Assembly: GCA_902727925.1 (NCBI GenBank)
Contig: CACVAW010000010.1
Coordinates: 72,726 to 136,725 of the forward strand
Origin: an uncultured Campylobacterales bacterium
GTDB lineage: Bacteria > Campylobacterota > Campylobacteria > Campylobacterales > CACVAW01
Length of the DNA stretch: 64,000 bases
Direction: 5' to 3'
Shown: piece by piece, positions 55,231 to 64,000 of the stretch
How the letters are laid out: every line of letters starts with the position of its first letter
Numbering within the stretch: the stretch's first letter is position 1
Notes under the pieces: model-generated
Seen by the model: the letters and a program-made list of their open reading frames with translations, nothing else
Told to the model about the DNA's origin: nothing
Databases searched by the model: none
Made by a program: the position numbers and the translations under genes

Positions 55231-55242
55231 TAAGGTATTTTT

Positions 55243-58200
55243 ATGATAAAGTTTTCTATAAAAAATCCAGTTACTATTATTGTATCTGTTCTTTTGGTCG
55301 TTTTGTTTGGGTTTATATCTCTTAATAAGCTTCCATATCAATTAACACCATCAGTGACAAAACCACAAATAAAAGTTACTACTATATGGCCAGGTGCTAC
55401 TCCTTATGAAGTAGAGCGAGAGATTATAGAAGAGCAAGAAAGTGCGTTAAAAGATTTGAACAATCTTTTGAAGTATGAATCATCTAGCAAAGATAATATG
55501 GGGGATATAACTTTAACTTTTTCTTTAGGAACAGACTTAAGAGCAGCTCTTCAAGATGTTTCAAACAAGCTAAATGAAGTTAGTTCATACCCTACAGATG
55601 TGTTAAAGCCATCAATCGCAAGTGCAACTGCAAGTCCTGTGATATGGATGATGCTTCAAACAACAGATGAAAACCCAAAACATATAGATGAGTATAAAAC
55701 ATTTTTTGACGATGAAATAATCCCAATAATCAAAAGAGTAGACGGCGTTAGTGGTACTATGGGTGGAGGTGGACGAAAACAACAGATGCAAATCATCTTT
55801 GATAATGAAAAACTTGCATCATATAACCTCACAATCCCAGCTATCATCCAAATCCTTCAAAGTGAAAATATAAATGTCTCAGCAGGTGTATTAAACGTAG
55901 CAAGAAAAGCATATAGAATAAGAACGGTAAATAAGTTCTCCTCCCAAAAAGATATAGAAGATGTAATACTCATATCAAATAGAGAACAAAGAGTAAGAAT
56001 AAGTGATATAGCAAATGTCACTATGGGCTACGAAGATGCAAGTAGTGTTGCTATGTTCTTAGGAAAAGATGGAATATTCTTAGGTGTTCAGCCTAGCTCA
56101 TCAGCAAACCTAGTAACACTTACTAATGAAGTTGAAGTGCAAGTAAACAAACTAAATAACGGTATTTTAAAAGAAAAAGAATTAAAACTAAAATGGATTT
56201 ATGATCAAAGACCTTATATAGTAGGAGCAGTTGACCTTGTAAAACAAAACATAATGATAGGAGCAATTCTAGCGATATTAATGCTTTTATTGTTTTTAAG
56301 AAGTTTTACTCCGACAGCTGTTGTATCTATGGCAATACCTATATCAATAATAGGTACATTTATAATACTTGATCTTATGAATAGAAGTCTTAATACTATA
56401 TCTTTAGCAGGTATATCCTTTGCTGTGGGGATGCTTGTAGATAGTGCTATTGTGGTGCTTGAAAATATTGATAGACTACGAAAAAAGGGTCTTAGTATAG
56501 CTCAGGCTTCTTATGAGGGTGCAAAAGAAGTATATGGTGCACTTATAGCTAGTTCACTTACAACTATAGCTGTTTTTTTACCTATTATATTTCTTGAAGA
56601 TGAAGCTGGTCAGCTTTTTAAAGATATTGCAATTGCAGTTACATCTGCTGTCGTGTTCTCTTTGTTTGTTTCTATTACTGTTATTCCTATGCTTTGGAAG
56701 AGTTTATCAAGTGTTTTAGCTAGTAAAGAAGTAAAAAGTTCAAAACTAGTGAACTTTGGTAATAAAATAGTTGATTTTATAATGAGTATAGTTGAAATAT
56801 CTTTAAAAAACTTATATACAAAACTAATCACTATATTTTCATTAGCTATTTTTTCTTGTTTGAGTATCTATTTGCTTTTTCCAAAGCTAGAATATCTTCC
56901 TCAAGGTAATAAGAACTTAATCTTTAATATCCTAATAACTCCTCCAGGACTCTCGTATAATGAAAGATATGACATGGGTACACACCTAATGGATAGTATC
57001 AAACCTCATATAAATAAAGATGTTGGAGATATTCCAGGACTTAATAGAGCGTTTTTTGTATCTTATGGGGACTTTAATATATTTGGTGGGACATCTATGT
57101 ATGAAGATAGAGCCAAAGAGCTTATTCCGATGTTTAGACCTATTGTGAACTCCTTGCCTGCTGTGTTTGGTATATCTATTCAGTCAGGAGTATTTGAAAG
57201 TGGAATAGGAGAGGGTAATACTGTAAATATAGATATAAGTGGAGAAAAAATAGAAGATTTAGCAAATACTGGGGGGATGCTATTTGGTGCTACTATGGGA
57301 GCAATCAAAGGTGCACAAGTAAGGCCAGTACCTTCAATAGAACTTCTTTATCCAGAAGTAAGGATATCTCCTAACGCAGACGCGCTAAAAGCTCTTAATA
57401 TGAGTACATATCAGTTTGCAACTTCTATTGATACTCTCATGAATGGCAAAAAGATAGGTGACTATGAACAAGAGGGTAAGAAAAAAATTGATCTTATATT
57501 AAAAGCCTCAACTACAAATATACAAACACCACAAGACCTAATGCAAGCTCAGCTTAGAACTCCTGCTTCAGGACTACTTCCTATATCATCTCTAGCAAGT
57601 TTTGAAAATACCACAGGGATATCAGAAATCAGACACTTAAACGGTAAAAGAACAATAACTCTTCAAGTAACTCCACCTGATGGCACAACAATAGATGAAA
57701 GTATAAAAATAGTAACAGGTATGATAGGTGGAATGAAATCAGAAATTAGTGATGACGTTGATATAGGGATATCTGGAACAGCAGATAAACTTTCTCAGAC
57801 TATTGGTATGCTTAGTATGAATTTTATTTTGGCACTTTTTATTACATATCTTCTTATGTCAGCACTTTTTGGTAATTTCTTGTATCCATTAGTGATAATG
57901 TTTACTGTACCACTTGCAACGGCTGGTGGGTTTATAGGACTTGCTTTGACTAATAAGTTTCTTAGTCCTCAACCTCTTGATATACTTACTATGCTTGGGT
58001 TTATTATATTAGTTGGTATTGTTGTCAATAATGCTATTTTGATAGTACATCAGAGTTTAAACTATATCAAGAATGAAGCGATGGATTATAAAGAAGCTGT
58101 ACTATTATCTACAAGAACAAGAATTAGACCTATATATATGAGTTCTCTTACTTCTATATTTGGGATGCTTCCGCTTGTACTTTTACCTGGACCTGGTAGT

Positions 58201-58335
58201 GAATTTTATAGAGGGTTAGGTTCTGTTATTACTGGGGGACTTGCTTTTTCTACCGTGTTTACTATCTTTGTCACTCCTGCACTTCTTATGTTTTTTATTA
58301 AGATGGAGAAGAAAAATTTAGGAGAAGAGAAATGA
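55243..58335 (+). CDS. RND efflux permease (AcrB/HAE1-like)
   Basis: 1030 aa with a 12-TM plus two large periplasmic loop layout. N-terminus resembles FSIKNPVT. VVLENI and VNNAILIV blocks. Confidence 0.95.
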   Translation: MIKFSIKNPVTIIVSVLLVVLFGFISLNKLPYQLTPSVTKPQIKVTTIWPGATPYEVEREIIEEQESALKDLNNLLKYESSSKDNMGDITLTFSLGTDLRAALQDVSNKLNEVSSYPTDVLKPSIASATASPVIWMMLQTTDENPKHIDEYKTFFDDEIIPIIKRVDGVSGTMGGGGRKQQMQIIFDNEKLASYNLTIPAIIQILQSENINVSAGVLNVARKAYRIRTVNKFSSQKDIEDVILISNREQRVRISDIANVTMGYEDASSVAMFLGKDGIFLGVQPSSSANLVTLTNEVEVQVNKLNNGILKEKELKLKWIYDQRPYIVGAVDLVKQNIMIGAILAILMLLLFLRSFTPTAVVSMAIPISIIGTFIILDLMNRSLNTISLAGISFAVGMLVDSAIVVLENIDRLRKKGLSIAQASYEGAKEVYGALIASSLTTIAVFLPIIFLEDEAGQLFKDIAIAVTSAVVFSLFVSITVIPMLWKSLSSVLASKEVKSSKLVNFGNKIVDFIMSIVEISLKNLYTKLITIFSLAIFSCLSIYLLFPKLEYLPQGNKNLIFNILITPPGLSYNERYDMGTHLMDSIKPHINKDVGDIPGLNRAFFVSYGDFNIFGGTSMYEDRAKELIPMFRPIVNSLPAVFGISIQSGVFESGIGEGNTVNIDISGEKIEDLANTGGMLFGATMGAIKGAQVRPVPSIELLYPEVRISPNADALKALNMSTYQFATSIDTLMNGKKIGDYEQEGKKKIDLILKASTTNIQTPQDLMQAQLRTPASGLLPISSLASFENTTGISEIRHLNGKRTITLQVTPPDGTTIDESIKIVTGMIGGMKSEISDDVDIGISGTADKLSQTIGMLSMNFILALFITYLLMSALFGNFLYPLVIMFTVPLATAGGFIGLALTNKFLSPQPLDILTMLGFIILVGIVVNNAILIVHQSLNYIKNEAMDYKEAVLLSTRTRIRPIYMSSLTSIFGMLPLVLLPGPGSEFYRGLGSVITGGLAFSTVFTIFVTPALLMFFIKMEKKNLGEEK

Positions 58336-59561
58336 GAAATATAATTATATTTTTATTATTGCTTGTTAATTTAAAGGCACTAACTTTAGATGATGCTATA
58401 AAAAAAGCTCTAAAAAATAACACTCAAATAAAAAGTCAAGGATACTTAAGCCAGATTGCTAAAGAGAATATAAATATATCCAAATCTTCGTTTAAGCCAT
58501 CATTAGATGTGGCATATTCAAAAGAACAAAGAAAAGAAAACTTAGGATTCGGGAAAAAAGAATCAAGTTCAAGTGCATCTATTACATATAATGTATTTAA
58601 TGGATTTAAAGACTTTTATAGTCTTAAAAGTACAAAAAACTTAGCCTATAATGAAGAGTTGAATCTAAAACTAAAAAAGCTTGATATTGTTTATAATACA
58701 AAAGTTGCTTTTATAAATTATCTGAAAAACAAAAAAAACATAGCTACAGTAACAAATGCTTATGAACTCTTTGAGAAACAATATCAAGACGCTAAAAATA
58801 AATTTGATGAGGGGTTACTTGCAAAAAATGATTTACTTCAAATAAATGTTCGTAAACTTGAAGCCAAACAAAACTTAGCACTAAGTAAGTCAAATGCAAA
58901 AATAGCTAAATACAAATTAAAAAATATACTAGGAAGCTCTTTTGATATAAATGAAGAGCTTGAAGATGTAGCAAGAAATGAACTATTGAATGAATACAAT
59001 GTCTCAAAATTAGGTGAAAAACTTGAGATACAAGTATTAGAAACTTTGAAAAATTCTATCTTAAATCAAAAAAAATCAAATAGAGGGGATAACTATCCTA
59101 CTATAGATATAGGGGCAAATTATATAAAGTACCATGAGCGTACAACTTCTTTTAGTGCGGATCTTCAAGATGAACAAGCATCACTCTTTTTGAATATCAA
59201 GTGGAACTTATATGGTGGAAATAAACAATCATATCAAGATGTAAAGCTTAGTAAACAGATATTACAAATAAATGAAGATTTAACTCAGTTAAAACTTGAT
59301 ACTGATATGATGTATCAAGAAGCGGTTGATAGACTAAGGGTAGCAGAACTAAACTACCAAACAGCTCTTATATCTTTAGACCAAGCAGAAGAAAATTACT
59401 CATTAGTTAATTCAAGATTAAAAGAGGGTTTACTCCGCCAGAGCGATCAGATAGATGCGAACTATCTACTATCTGAGGCAAAACAAAATGTAGATAATGC
59501 GTATTATGATATCTTTCTAGCTGACGCTCTTTTGCAAAGATTGTTTGAGAGGTCTTATTAA
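58332..59561 (+). CDS. TolC-family outer membrane efflux protein
   Basis: Signal peptide, LTLDDAIKKALKNN opening, and duplicated coiled-coil/beta repeat organisation. ATGA overlap with the RND gene. Confidence 0.85.
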   Translation: MRNIIIFLLLLVNLKALTLDDAIKKALKNNTQIKSQGYLSQIAKENINISKSSFKPSLDVAYSKEQRKENLGFGKKESSSSASITYNVFNGFKDFYSLKSTKNLAYNEELNLKLKKLDIVYNTKVAFINYLKNKKNIATVTNAYELFEKQYQDAKNKFDEGLLAKNDLLQINVRKLEAKQNLALSKSNAKIAKYKLKNILGSSFDINEELEDVARNELLNEYNVSKLGEKLEIQVLETLKNSILNQKKSNRGDNYPTIDIGANYIKYHERTTSFSADLQDEQASLFLNIKWNLYGGNKQSYQDVKLSKQILQINEDLTQLKLDTDMMYQEAVDRLRVAELNYQTALISLDQAEENYSLVNSRLKEGLLRQSDQIDANYLLSEAKQNVDNAYYDIFLADALLQRLFERSY

Positions 59562-59752
59562 AAGCTTGTGATATATATTTATACTTTATAAGTTTTGAAC
59601 TTTGACTAAATAAATCCCTTTTAGACCCGATACTATAAGACTTAATTTAACTTTTCAGCAACGCAAAACCTTACTTTAACTCATTATTCTTGATATGAAA
59701 TAATTTGTTGCTTTAAACTCGCTAATTCTTTCTTGCTCCCAGTAAAAGAGAA

Positions 59753-60301
59753 TTAGCTCTTCCACTTGATAGAACATCCCATAGATGGTATTTGATTGTC
59801 TACTTCAGTATCATTAATATTAAGCATAGCATTTAGTAGTTCAGGAATCCTTTCCCTTGGTTCATGAGTACTTATATCTAGATTATCTAATCTTCCACGA
59901 TATCCCAATTTTAGCTCTCTATCAAAACCAAAAAAATCAGGTGTACAAACTGCATTATATTTTTTTGCAATTTCTTGAGTATCATCAATTAAATAAGGAA
60001 ATGAAAAGCCATTTTTTAGAGTAAACTCTTTCATCTTCTCTGGAGAATCTTCTGGATACTCTTCACAGTTATTTGACATAATTGCTACCACTCCAAAACC
60101 ATTTTTTTGAAGTACTTTTACATCATCTACAAACCTATCAACTATCGCTTTTACGTAAGGGCAATGATTACAAATAAAAGCGACAAGAGTCCCATTCTTA
60201 CCTCTGATATCATCTAAAGTATAAACCTTACCACTAAAATCTTTCAATTCAAACTTAGGAGCATCAAAATCAAAATCACAAATAGGTGTTTCTAAAAGCA
60301 T
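59753..60301 (-). CDS. Thioredoxin-fold (AhpC/TSA-like redoxin) family protein
   Basis: VAFICNHCPYV motif in a ~180-aa thioredoxin-like protein. Confidence 0.7.
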   Translation of the reverse strand: MLLETPICDFDFDAPKFELKDFSGKVYTLDDIRGKNGTLVAFICNHCPYVKAIVDRFVDDVKVLQKNGFGVVAIMSNNCEEYPEDSPEKMKEFTLKNGFSFPYLIDDTQEIAKKYNAVCTPDFFGFDRELKLGYRGRLDNLDISTHEPRERIPELLNAMLNINDTEVDNQIPSMGCSIKWKS

Positions 60302-60376
60302 ATTTTTTCCTTTGTATTTAGTATAAACATAACTTTAACATTTTTAATTAAACAAACTTAAGCTAAAATCTATGCT

Positions 60377-62242
60377 ATGAACAAAGAAATGCAAACCTCA
60401 CAGTGGGAACACTATTTTAATTCACTAAAAACAATACTAAAAAACAAGCCTAATATCGACATAGACCTAATACAAAAAGCTTTTTATTTTGCTGGAGATG
60501 CTCATAGCTCACAGTATAGACGTAGTGGTGAGCCATATATCATGCATCCTACAGCAGTTGCAAAAATTGTAGCTGAGCAGGGTCTTGGGATTGAGAGTAT
60601 CATAGCAGCACTTCTTCACGATACTGTAGAAGATACAAAAGTTACGCTTCAAGATATCGTAGACACTTTTGGTGAAGATGTTGGTTTTTTAGTAGATAGT
60701 TTGAGTCATTTTGATAATACACTTAACAAAACTGACAAAAGAGATGTACAAACTCTACGAAAAATACTCTTTTCTATGAGCAAAGATTTTCGTACTGTAT
60801 ATATCAAGATTGCAGACCGATTACACAATATGTCTACACTAAAACACATGCCCCCTGAAAAACAGATTCAAAAAGCTACCGAAACACAAGAGATATATAT
60901 AGGGCTAGCCAAAAATCTCAATCTATGGGAATGGAAAACAGACTTAGAAAATTATTGCTTAAAATATCTAGACCCTAAGAAATATAAAAACTATAATACA
61001 AAAATAAAAATAGCAAATAAAAAAGACGAAAAAATAAATGATATAGTAAAAATATTACAAGATACATTAAACTCAGATTACATACTATCTGTAATACCTC
61101 ATAAATACTCAGTTAAAGAAGTAGCCCAAAAATTTCCAAGAGAAAATAGCTTCATAGATATAAACAATACATACTTTATAGAAGTAGTAAGCAAAGAAGA
61201 CAAAGCATACCACAACCTAAGAACCTTACATCAAAAGTTCAAGTCTTTTGATACCAGATTCAAAGACTATATCTCAAAACCAAAAGAAAATGGCTACAAC
61301 GCCCTACATACAACTATATTTAGTACCTTTGGTCTCATAGATATCAAAATCAAGAACGAAGATAGCTTCGCAAACTCTCAAAAACACAATCAAGAGCAAT
61401 GGGTCGAGAAAATTCTTATAAGAGAAAAAAACCTCAAAGATGATGATACCTTTCATAACTCTGTGGTAAACGAAGTATTAAGTAAATCAATCAAAGTATA
61501 TTCCTCATTTGGTGAAGAAATACGCATACCTAAAAACTCAACTACATTAGATTTTTTGTTGCTTTTATATGGCAAAAAAGGTTTATTAGTAAATGACTTA
61601 TATATAGAAGATACAACTGTAGGATTAGATTTTGTTTTATCACACAAAGATATTATAGAAGTTAATTTTTTAAGTGAGAAAAGAGCCATTAGACTAGAGT
61701 GGTTTGAGATGTTAACTTCATACGAAGCAAAACAAGTACTAATAGATGAACTAGGAGGAGAACAAAACTTTGACAGTCTTTTTAAAGGATATGAAGAGTT
61801 TAAGCCTTGGATGAAAATATTTCAAATATCAAACCTAGAATATATTTATATCAATTTTGAAAAACACTTACCAAAAAACAAGTATACAACTTTTGAAGAT
61901 GTGCTAATAGCCTTAGGTAAAAATCTGATCACAATAAAAGAAGTTTTATTACTGATTATTCCATTAAACATATTTAGGAAAACACCAAGAAGTGAAGTAT
62001 TTAAATTCGCATTATTAATAAATAATACTCCTAGTCCAAAAATAAGTGTTTTGTTTAAAATACTTGAATGCAATCTCAAAGAATATCTACCAATATATAT
62101 TCAAGATGACTACTATATAGCGATATATGAAGATTCTCTAAAAGTCAAATACTATTTTAAGAATCTTGAAAATCTAATTAGTTCTATAGAAGCGATAAAA
62201 ACAGATATATCACAGGACTTACAAATAAGATATATATTATAA
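60377..62242 (+). CDS. spoT: RelA/SpoT homologue: intact HD hydrolase domain, divergent synthetase motifs, TGS-like region
   Basis: HD domain motifs GEPYIMHPTAVA, HDTVEDT and ADRLHNM. Synthetase-region block RFKDYISKPKENGYNALHTTIF. TGS-like IKVYSSFGEEIRIPKNSTTLDF. Confidence 0.75.
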   Translation: MNKEMQTSQWEHYFNSLKTILKNKPNIDIDLIQKAFYFAGDAHSSQYRRSGEPYIMHPTAVAKIVAEQGLGIESIIAALLHDTVEDTKVTLQDIVDTFGEDVGFLVDSLSHFDNTLNKTDKRDVQTLRKILFSMSKDFRTVYIKIADRLHNMSTLKHMPPEKQIQKATETQEIYIGLAKNLNLWEWKTDLENYCLKYLDPKKYKNYNTKIKIANKKDEKINDIVKILQDTLNSDYILSVIPHKYSVKEVAQKFPRENSFIDINNTYFIEVVSKEDKAYHNLRTLHQKFKSFDTRFKDYISKPKENGYNALHTTIFSTFGLIDIKIKNEDSFANSQKHNQEQWVEKILIREKNLKDDDTFHNSVVNEVLSKSIKVYSSFGEEIRIPKNSTTLDFLLLLYGKKGLLVNDLYIEDTTVGLDFVLSHKDIIEVNFLSEKRAIRLEWFEMLTSYEAKQVLIDELGGEQNFDSLFKGYEEFKPWMKIFQISNLEYIYINFEKHLPKNKYTTFEDVLIALGKNLITIKEVLLLIIPLNIFRKTPRSEVFKFALLINNTPSPKISVLFKILECNLKEYLPIYIQDDYYIAIYEDSLKVKYYFKNLENLISSIEAIKTDISQDLQIRYIL

Positions 62243-62253
62243 AGGTAAATTAA

Positions 62254-63216
62254 ATGTCTATTTCATACAACCATTATATTACAAGCGAAGACCTAGATAC
62301 AGGGTATCTTGATTGTCTACAATCAAGAATAATCAAACCTCAATATAGATTCACAGGAAAAGCTCAAGCTCAATCTTGGGTTGATATATGGGATGATGCA
62401 AATAGCCCTTATTTTAATAACCTGTATACCTTTATAAACCAAATCAAGGAAGATATAACAAAGCATATAAAAACAGATGTAAACTTCATTGCTCTAGGTG
62501 GGTCAAATGGAGTTAAAAATAAACCTATACTGGAAGAATTACTCAAAAAAAGAAAAACTACTTTTTCAATTATTGCATCCTCTAAAGATCTAATGAATCA
62601 TTCATTAGAAAAAATATCAGATATAAACATTCCAAAAGAAGTATTTATATCACACTTCAAATCAAAAAACTTAAAACTACTAAGTAGACAAATAAAAGAA
62701 AATCATCATGATACTAATTTTTTTGTAATGCTTAGTAATACTTTTGGCTTACACCCCCAAGAGACTATAAGTAAATCACTTAGAGATGCTATGAATAAAA
62801 ATGACTATCTACTAATAGAAGCTCATATTGCACCTGATAAAATAGACCCCAACTATATAGAAGCTATGCTAAACAACTATAAAAACTCATCTTTTAAAAA
62901 ACATGTATTATTATCTTTGTCACAAATAAATATCACTGAAGATGATGGATTTTTGGAATTAGAATATAGTAATGATAAGTTTTTTACAGATCTAAGTGTA
63001 GTAAGCTACTACTTTAGGTTCAAAAAATCAAAAGTAGTAAAATACCTAAACGAAGAGATATACTTCGCCAAAAATGAAAGAATTCTTCTCTTTTCATCAA
63101 ACAAATACAAAGTAAAGGTACTAAGAAGAATACTAAATGATCATGGCTTTGATATAAAAGAAGAGTTCATCAACCATGAATTAGGCTGTGCTGAAATATT
63201 ATGCCAACTAGCTTAA
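62254..63216 (+). CDS. Hypothetical protein, possibly an EgtD-like (Methyltransf_33-type) SAM-dependent methyltransferase
   Basis: Weak resemblance only: FIALGGSNGVKNKPILEELL and FFVMLSNTFG versus the ELGSG...K and GSTIGN blocks of EgtD-like enzymes. Confidence 0.35.
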   Translation: MSISYNHYITSEDLDTGYLDCLQSRIIKPQYRFTGKAQAQSWVDIWDDANSPYFNNLYTFINQIKEDITKHIKTDVNFIALGGSNGVKNKPILEELLKKRKTTFSIIASSKDLMNHSLEKISDINIPKEVFISHFKSKNLKLLSRQIKENHHDTNFFVMLSNTFGLHPQETISKSLRDAMNKNDYLLIEAHIAPDKIDPNYIEAMLNNYKNSSFKKHVLLSLSQINITEDDGFLELEYSNDKFFTDLSVVSYYFRFKKSKVVKYLNEEIYFAKNERILLFSSNKYKVKVLRRILNDHGFDIKEEFINHELGCAEILCQLA

Positions 63217-63939
63217 ATCTATGAAGTGCTCTAACCCATAATAAAGCTTGTCTCTATTCATAACCTCTTGGCATGACAAAAATATACCTTTAGTAAAGCA
63301 CTCTTGATTTATAGCAGTTGATTTTATCTGTAGCGTCTCTCCAGGCTCACCAAAAAGTATCTCTTGATTGGCTAGTACTCCAGGCATTCTTATAGAGTGT
63401 ATAGGTATATTTTGGTACTCTCCTCCAAGAACATTAGGTATAGACTCTTCACCTCTTTGTCTTGAGTTCACATTACTTTTTGCTGTCATTTCGGCTAGTT
63501 TTCTTACTGTTGATGATGGAGCTTCTAGCTTCTTATCATGGTAATACTCTATAATCTCTGCATTTTTTAAATATTTTGAAGCTTTTTGTGCGAATATCAT
63601 CATCAAAACAGCAGTAACTGAAAAACTTGGTACAACTATACCTCCAAGCTTTTTTGCTTCACATATCTTTTTAAATTCATTAATCTGATCAAGAGTCAAT
63701 CCACTTGTACCAATTACAGGTCTAACACCTGCGTCAATAATAGTCTTTGTATTTTCATAAACTGATGAAGACCAAGTCAGATCTAAAACTACATCAGGTT
63801 TTGTTAATTTTATTTGTTCAGATAAGTTATCTTCAATATCATCTAATCCGACAATTTTAAACTTAGGATTATTTGAAATTATTTTTTGGCTAAAAGTACC
63901 CATCTTGCCTTTTGCACCATTAATCAATATCTTTATCAA
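63208..63939 (-). CDS. dapB: 4-hydroxy-tetrahydrodipicolinate reductase
   Basis: KILINGAKGKMG dinucleotide motif, VIGTSGL and EYYHDKKLEAPSST (the E-x-H-H/K-x-K-x-D-APSGTA-like block). Confidence 0.85.
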   Translation of the reverse strand: MIKILINGAKGKMGTFSQKIISNNPKFKIVGLDDIEDNLSEQIKLTKPDVVLDLTWSSSVYENTKTIIDAGVRPVIGTSGLTLDQINEFKKICEAKKLGGIVVPSFSVTAVLMMIFAQKASKYLKNAEIIEYYHDKKLEAPSSTVRKLAEMTAKSNVNSRQRGEESIPNVLGGEYQNIPIHSIRMPGVLANQEILFGEPGETLQIKSTAINQECFTKGIFLSCQEVMNRDKLYYGLEHFIDLS

Positions 63940-64000
63940 TTATAATCCCTTGTATTTCATATAATAAAATTGTAACATTTAAAAGATTTAAGTTAAAGCC

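Overview
AT-rich bacterial chromosomal segment (GC judged by eye, not computed). Gene content (mqo, hemJ, class II DAHP synthase, family II pyrophosphatase, PBP1A-fmt-gltA block) and frequent TTG/GTG starts suggest Campylobacterota; this is inference only. All product calls come from reading motifs in the supplied translations, with no database search. The window opens in the 3' end of groEL. A ~15.4 kb accessory-looking stretch follows (393-15824). (1) It begins with a structured, partly duplicated post-groEL spacer. (2) Next is a tightly coupled five-gene + strand operon (771-13526): SNF2 helicase, a large DPPY/FxGxG DNA methyltransferase, a PHP phosphoesterase fused to a coiled-coil SMC/Rad50-like ABC ATPase, a Schlafen/AlbA_2-type protein, and a type III Res-like DExH helicase with a C-terminal PD-(D/E)xK motif. 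It resembles a DISARM-like / type III R-M-like hybrid but fits neither canonical architecture, and is my best candidate for an undescribed defence system. (3) Two tandem paralogous Cys/Lys-rich lipoproteins with KCG/KCD repeats follow. They look like HvfA/MNIO-type RiPP precursors, but no modifying enzyme is in the window. One carries a 36-bp x7 in-frame tandem array. (4) The stretch ends in decayed ORF remnants. The rest (15.8-64 kb) is mostly housekeeping: ppaC, ABC-F, pyrF, rnhB, htpX, DAHP synthase, tyrA, thiE, hemJ, rpsO, rsmG, PBP1A, fmt, gltA, mqo, sodB, dus, dksA-like, hemE, asd, ruvB, hemH, a TetR-controlled RND efflux operon, a spoT-like gene and dapB. Other structural oddities: a 40-nt GC-rich in-frame repeat present in both the SNF2 and methylase genes exactly 2400 bp apart; a perfect 106-bp inverted repeat pair 16.4 kb apart (15550-15655 / 32014-32119); and a 267-bp element with 23-bp perfect terminal inverted repeats upstream of ppaC. 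No rRNA, tRNA or CRISPR array was seen.
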